DNA of 64,000 bases from assembly GCA_963781715.1 (NCBI GenBank), contig CAWAGW010000022.1, forward strand, positions 50,095 to 114,094, in the 5' to 3' direction. This DNA is from an uncultured delta proteobacterium (GTDB taxonomy: Bacteria > Desulfobacterota > Syntrophobacteria > Syntrophobacterales > Syntrophobacteraceae). The notes beneath the pieces are model-generated. The model searched no databases. It saw nothing but the letters and a program-made list of their open reading frames with translations, and had not been told where the DNA came from. Position numbers and translations under genes: made by a program. Below, in pieces: positions 58,910 to 64,000 of the stretch (position 1 is the first letter of the stretch; each line of letters opens with the position of its first letter).

Positions 58910-61357
58910 ATGGAAAGCATTTCCATCCAAGACAAAATCAGGGCCATCGAACAAGAGTTGGCTGATGTCGAGGCAAGAAGAACTTATCTGCAGGAGAAGT
59001 TAAGGCAGCTCATCGAATCCAGGAATTCGCTTTCCGCGAATCAGACCGGATCTTCCTCGTCAAATCCCGCCAAGGTGACGAAAGACTCGCCCACAGAAGA
59101 AAAATTAGCTCTTTTTCGAACACTTTTCAGAGGCAGGGAAGACGTCTTTGCAAGACGTTTCGAAAGTCAAAAGTCAGGCAAAAGCGGCTATCAGCCCGAA
59201 TGCGGAAAACAATGGATTCGAGGGCTCTGTCGAAAACCGGCGGTAAAATGTGCGGACTGCGATGTTCGAGACTTCCGGCCTCTATCCGATGAAGTTATCT
59301 TCAATCATTTGCTGGGTAAAGACCATTCGAAACGTTCCAATAAAGACTTTACGATTGGCGTCTACCCTTTGCTTGAGGACGAAACCTGTTGGTACTTGGC
59401 GGTAGATTTCGACAAAGAGGAGTGGAAGGAGAATTCAAGGGCATATCTCGATGTATGCCGGTCTTTGGATGTACCGGCGGTGCTGGAGCGTTCCCGGTCG
59501 GGCAACGGCGGGCACATTTGGATATTTTTTTCCGAACCAATCTCGGCCAAGCTCGCACGGCAACTGGGAGCATTCGTTTTGACACAGGCAATGGAAAATC
59601 GCCCGGAAATGGGTTTTCGATCCTACGATCGGTTTTTCCCCAGCCAGGACACTTTGCCCAAGGGCGGATTCGGCAACCTGATCGCTCTTCCTCTGCAGAA
59701 GAAGCCGCGAGAAAACGGCAACAGCCTCTTCATTGACGAAAAATTCAATCCTTTTCTGGATCAATGGATTTTTCTTTCATCCATCAGACGCATGAGCATA
59801 TTGAAGGTTGAGCGCATTCTCGATCGGGCAACCACATGGGGAGGAGTTCTCGGAGTCCGCTACGTGAGCACCGATGAGGACGATGCTGCTCCCTGGCTGT
59901 TCAGCCCTTCCGGTCGCAAGCCCGACATCCCGCTCAAAGGTCCTTTGCCGGATGAAATCGAGCTGGTGCTTTCGAATCAAATATACATCGGCAAGGATGC
60001 TTTATCTCCAGCGCTGCAAAATCGCCTGATTCGACTTGCAGCATTCCAAAACCCGGATTTTTATAGAGCGCAGACGATGCGTTTCCCAACCTTTGGCAAG
60101 CCCCGAATTGTTCACTGCTGTGAGGATTTTCCGAAATATATCGGCTTACCCAGAGGATGCATGGAAGATGTAGTAGATCTGCTCAAAGCACTCGACATTC
60201 GCATCAAAATTAACGATCAGCGGTTCAAGGGAAGAGAGATTTCCGGTAAGTTCCGCGGTACTCTGAGGCCTGACCAGAAGTTGGCAGTTGACGCCCTGCT
60301 GGCTCACGACACCGGGGTATTGGCCGCTTCCACCGCATTCGGGAAAACGGTGGCTGCTGCCTTTGTGATTGCAAAGCGGGGTGTAAACACATTGGTTCTT
60401 GTTCATCGAAAGCAATTGCTCGACCAGTGGATCAGCAGGCTCAACGAGTTCCTGGATATGGCTCCTGGAGCTATCGGACAAATCGGTTCCGGCAAACGCC
60501 GTCCGACCGGCGTGATCGATGTAGCCATGATTCAAAGTCTGAATAAGAAAGGTGTGGTCGATGATATTGTCGTCGACTACGGTCATCTGGTTGTGGACGA
60601 ATGTCATCATATTTCAGCACAAAGCTTCGAAGCGGTCGCCCGGCAAAGCAAAGCGAAATATGTTACCGGCTTGTCTGCCACGGTTGTGCGAAAAGATGGC
60701 CACCACCCCATCATCTTTATGAACTGCGGTCCGGTTCGCTACCGTGTGGACGACAAAACACAGGCCGCCACGAGACCCTTCGAACACAAAGTGATTGTCA
60801 GGAAAACCGAACTCCGTCTCCCGCCATCTTTTGAATCCGAAAAACGTGATGCAATCAATCAAATCTACGCTGCGATGATCGACGACGAGAAACGGAACCT
60901 TATGATTGTTGAGGACATTTTGGAGTCCGTTTCGAGGAAAAGATTTCCACTTATCCTGACGGAGCGAAAAAGGCATTTGGAGAAGCTGCATGATCTGCTT
61001 GCCGGCAGAGTAGGAAACATCATCGTTATGCAGGGAGGAATGGGAAAAAAGCTGAAAGCCGGCGCTCTCGAAGCACTTGAAAGCCTGCCCGAACATTCCG
61101 ACAAGATCATTCTGGCAACGGGCAAGTATTTGGGAGAGGGGTTTGACGATGAGCGGCTCGACACATTGTTTCTGACGATGCCAATCTCCTGGAAAGGGCT
61201 TCTGACTCAATATGCGGGGCGGCTGCACCGCGCGCATCACATGAAGAGAGAAGTGCTGATCTATGATTACGCAGATCTTAACGTTCCAATGCTCGGCAAA
61301 ATGTACGAGAGGCGTTTGGCTGGATATCGTTCGATCGGCTACGAAGTAAAGCACTGA
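58910..61357 (+). CDS. Archaeo-eukaryotic-primase-like (TOTE-type) domain fused to an SF2 (ResIII-like) helicase
   Basis: LFRGREDVFA, IGVYPLL..CWYLAVDFD, ERSRSGNGGHIWIFF, GFGNLIALPLQ; TAFGKT, VDECHH, LSAT, QYAGRLHR. Confidence 0.88.
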   Translation: MESISIQDKIRAIEQELADVEARRTYLQEKLRQLIESRNSLSANQTGSSSSNPAKVTKDSPTEEKLALFRTLFRGREDVFARRFESQKSGKSGYQPECGKQWIRGLCRKPAVKCADCDVRDFRPLSDEVIFNHLLGKDHSKRSNKDFTIGVYPLLEDETCWYLAVDFDKEEWKENSRAYLDVCRSLDVPAVLERSRSGNGGHIWIFFSEPISAKLARQLGAFVLTQAMENRPEMGFRSYDRFFPSQDTLPKGGFGNLIALPLQKKPRENGNSLFIDEKFNPFLDQWIFLSSIRRMSILKVERILDRATTWGGVLGVRYVSTDEDDAAPWLFSPSGRKPDIPLKGPLPDEIELVLSNQIYIGKDALSPALQNRLIRLAAFQNPDFYRAQTMRFPTFGKPRIVHCCEDFPKYIGLPRGCMEDVVDLLKALDIRIKINDQRFKGREISGKFRGTLRPDQKLAVDALLAHDTGVLAASTAFGKTVAAAFVIAKRGVNTLVLVHRKQLLDQWISRLNEFLDMAPGAIGQIGSGKRRPTGVIDVAMIQSLNKKGVVDDIVVDYGHLVVDECHHISAQSFEAVARQSKAKYVTGLSATVVRKDGHHPIIFMNCGPVRYRVDDKTQAATRPFEHKVIVRKTELRLPPSFESEKRDAINQIYAAMIDDEKRNLMIVEDILESVSRKRFPLILTERKRHLEKLHDLLAGRVGNIIVMQGGMGKKLKAGALEALESLPEHSDKIILATGKYLGEGFDDERLDTLFLTMPISWKGLLTQYAGRLHRAHHMKREVLIYDYADLNVPMLGKMYERRLAGYRSIGYEVKH

Positions 61358-61395
61358 TCACAACCGCGAATTCTGCGCACCTTCGGGATGGCCGA

Positions 61396-61563
61396 CTATT
61401 TCGCTTCTGAGCCTTTGGCCATATTGTTCAGATAATTCCTAAACCAGCGCGGGTTGAACAGGATGATGTAGATCAGGAAAAATTCGGTCAAGGGAATGAA
61501 AATACCCACGAAGTGCAGGGCCAAAATCCCAATGGAAATAAGAATTCGAGTACCGATGCTCAT
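61396..61563 (-). CDS. Small membrane protein (55 aa)
   Basis: MSIGTRILISIGILALHFVGIFIPLTEFFLIYIILFNPRWF.. Confidence 0.55.
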   Translation of the reverse strand: MSIGTRILISIGILALHFVGIFIPLTEFFLIYIILFNPRWFRNYLNNMAKGSEAK

Positions 61564-61762
61564 TGTCTTTGCTTTCTCATAGAATTTCGCAGAGTTCCGG
61601 ACTTGCTCCAATGACTTGGGGAGAGGCTAAGCGAGTCATTTGTAGGGCAGGCTTTCCAGCCTGCCATTTTGAGCATGTTCGCGAGCCGGATGATTGAAGC
61701 AGGAAAGCCTTCGCCACATAAAGCACAAAGAGAAATATTAAAGTGCCGTTTCGGCAATAGAT

Positions 61763-62233
61763 CTATTCAGCAATCTCCTCAATCTCCAAGTGATCGTGAA
61801 TCTGGATGCAGCCAATCACGCTTTGGGCTGCAGGGCATGAGGTAATGTAAGATGAAAACGCCTCTTTGGCGTCTCCTGATTTGCCTTCCGGAACCTTGAG
61901 GTGATAGTTGACCCGGATCTCGGTTATTTTCAAAACATTGTTGACGTTTTCGATTCTTCCTTCAACATCTGCCCAATAGCGGTCTTCAGGGGTGCGAATC
62001 TTTTTCTCGGCCAGCGCCGCGGCCAGTGTCCCCATCATTCAGGCTGAGGTTGCTGCCACGATGTGATCGAGCGTGGCCGCGTGCTCCTTTTCAGGCTCTA
62101 TTTTATAGAAGTTCTTGATGCCACCGTGAACACCATAATAGATCGGCTCGGAGAAACCCTCGATCATTGCTCTGCGGGTGGGGCCCTTTTCCCGAACGAT
62201 TCGGATGCGTGATGTATGGACAGTTTCTCCCAT
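61763..62233 (-). CDS. OsmC-like selenoprotein (156 aa; Sec at TGA 62039-62041)
   Basis: ORFs 62039-62233 and 61763-62038 abut in frame: LDHIVAATSA-U-MMGTL..SCPAAQSV; SECIS-like hairpin at 62009-62024. Confidence 0.85.
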
Positions 62234-62265
62234 GTTTGACTCCTTCGAGGAATGTTGAATTTCCG

Positions 62266-63627
62266 TCAGCTTTCCCCTAATTCTTTTTCTTTGGTTTTCT
62301 GCACAATTTCTTCCTGCAGCTTCTGTAGGCCGGGACCCAGTTCAACCCGGTACTCCTGCGGATCCTTTATCGCTTTATAACGATGGTCGAGGGCGGCAAA
62401 TTCCTGGCGAAAACGCTCCCGTATCTCGGACAAGGCCTCAGGTGGATGCTGCCTCTTCCCGTTTTTCATAACCATCTTCAGCAATGGTTCACCTGCCAGC
62501 TCCTCATCGCGCAGCGCAATGAAGTCTTTGATCGGTTTATCGCCCTCTTTGAATCTAAACACTTGCTTCTTACCCACAAGAGTCTTTTTACCCGTGCTTA
62601 ACTTAAGAACCGGTCGTCCGTTGTATTCCACCAGCTTGTAGGCCATATCGTTGTAAGGGGCATCGGCGGAAACCCCCATTTTGGTGCCGACCCCAAAGGC
62701 GTCGATCTCACAGCCCTGTTCGACATACCTGGCAATCTTGAATTCGTCGAAGCCGCCGCTGGCAAATATGCTGACCTCATCCAGGCCGGCCTCGTGAAGA
62801 ATCTTTCTTACCTCCTTGCTCAGCTGCACCATATTGCCGCTGTCCAGTCGGACACCCTGCAGCATCTCACCTCGTGCACGCATCTCTTTACCGACAGTTG
62901 CAGCTTTGCGAGCACCCTCCACTGTGTCATAGGTGTCAATCAGTAGGACCGTGCTCTTGGGAAACGTTTCTGCGAAAGCTCGAAATGCATCAATTTCTTC
63001 ATCAAAGCTGATGATGAAAGAGTGCGCCATGGTCCCGGAGGCTGGAATATTGTAGATCTTTTCGGCCAAGACATTGCTGGAGCCATTGAACCCCGCGATG
63101 TAGCTTGCCCTGGCAACTTTCAGCGCGGCATCGGTTCCCTGCGTGCGCCGCAACGAGAAATCCACCAAGCCCCGGCCGGCAGCCGCATGAAAGCAGCGAG
63201 CTGCTTTGGAAGCAATGGCCACCTGCAGGTTAACGGCGTTGATGATAAAGCTTTCTATAATCTGCCCTTCGATGATTGGGGCGGTCACTTCCAGTACGGG
63301 CTCATCCTTGAAAAACAGGCGCCCTTCGGGGATAGCATAAACATTGCCGGTGAAGCGCATCCGGCTCAGGTAGTGGAGGAAATCCTGCGAAAAACGGTCT
63401 GTCTTATCCAGATGATCGAGGTCTTCCTGGATGAACTCGAATGATTCCAGAAATTCGATCACTTCTTCAAGTCCGTCGCTGACGAAATAACTGCGATTCG
63501 CGGCATATTTACGGATGAACAGACTAAATGTCGCAGGGGCAACCATGTTGTGCTCGTAATAACTGGCCGCCATGGTCAGCTCATACAAATCGACGAGCAG
63601 TACCAGATCCCTCAAATTCCTGTGCAT
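62266..63627 (-). CDS. pncB: Nicotinate phosphoribosyltransferase
   Basis: DLYELTM, DFSLRR, GTMAHS, LIDTYDT, GVRLDSG, FGVGT. Confidence 0.95.
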   Translation of the reverse strand: MHRNLRDLVLLVDLYELTMAASYYEHNMVAPATFSLFIRKYAANRSYFVSDGLEEVIEFLESFEFIQEDLDHLDKTDRFSQDFLHYLSRMRFTGNVYAIPEGRLFFKDEPVLEVTAPIIEGQIIESFIINAVNLQVAIASKAARCFHAAAGRGLVDFSLRRTQGTDAALKVARASYIAGFNGSSNVLAEKIYNIPASGTMAHSFIISFDEEIDAFRAFAETFPKSTVLLIDTYDTVEGARKAATVGKEMRARGEMLQGVRLDSGNMVQLSKEVRKILHEAGLDEVSIFASGGFDEFKIARYVEQGCEIDAFGVGTKMGVSADAPYNDMAYKLVEYNGRPVLKLSTGKKTLVGKKQVFRFKEGDKPIKDFIALRDEELAGEPLLKMVMKNGKRQHPPEALSEIRERFRQEFAALDHRYKAIKDPQEYRVELGPGLQKLQEEIVQKTKEKELGES

Positions 63628-63699
63628 TCAATGCTCCTTTCCACACCGAAATGCTGTGTGTCCCTTCGGAACTCCCCCGTCTTCTGTTTACATGATAAA

Positions 63700-64000
63700 C
63701 TAATCATGCTGTCTTGCTTTTGAATCCGCTTTAAGGAATTCCTCGATCAACTCTTGCAAGTCTTGGCGGTCTTTGATTTTGATATCGAGCAGCCGAGTGA
63801 AACCTAACAGACGGCCAAGCGTCTTGAGTTTTTCCTCCGAATCTTCCCGGGGCGATCTGCGAGAATCGGCTTCTATCCAGTCTCCTTGGGGAAAAGCTTG
63901 GAAGCCGGATTGCTGCAGGACTTCGCTCAAGAACCGAACCCTCATGCGACGACCTTGGAGACTGCCGCCCCCGCCTTCAAATCGCATCGAAATGTAGTTT
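63700..64000 (-). CDS. C-terminus of a PEP-synthase / pyruvate,water dikinase-like protein (partial)
   Basis: NYISMRFEGGG..RRMRVRFL..LGRLLGFTRLLD, a pattern typical of deltaproteobacterial PEP-utilising proteins. Confidence 0.65.
   Translation of the reverse strand, partial: NYISMRFEGGGGSLQGRRMRVRFLSEVLQQSGFQAFPQGDWIEADSRRSPREDSEEKLKTLGRLLGFTRLLDIKIKDRQDLQELIEEFLKADSKARQHD

Overview
Bacterial chromosomal window whose gene content (tetraheme cytochrome c3, Rex-like box, selenoprotein, short EF-Ts, PEP-utilising enzyme) suggests a Desulfobacterota sulfate reducer or syntroph; this is an inference. Core genes: der, the rpsB-tsf-pyrH-frr-uppS-cdsA-dxr-rseP-tsaB cluster, rfbBAD, an attenuated aroF-trpEGDCF operon (aroF frameshifted, no trpBA), a two-component/Trk K+ uptake locus and pncB. 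Accessory DNA: a GC-rich type I R-M operon (hsdM-hsdS-RAYT-hsdR-M48) and a stand-alone primase-like/SF2 helicase. The strongest signal is a 766-bp RAYT (HUH tyrosine transposase) cassette at the hsdS/hsdR junction. It is bounded by a 9-bp direct repeat of the hsdR start, appears translationally coupled to hsdS, and carries four copies of its REP inside its own reading frame. Other notable items: an OsmC-like selenoprotein split by the ORF caller at an in-frame TGA with a SECIS-like hairpin, a Trp leader peptide with two interlocking terminators, a c-di-GMP-I riboswitch ahead of an SH3 lipoprotein, and two small ORFs missing from the ORF track. Intergenic DNA holds several REP/MITE-like palindrome families. 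No rRNA, tRNA or CRISPR array was seen. All family assignments come from motif recognition, not database searches.
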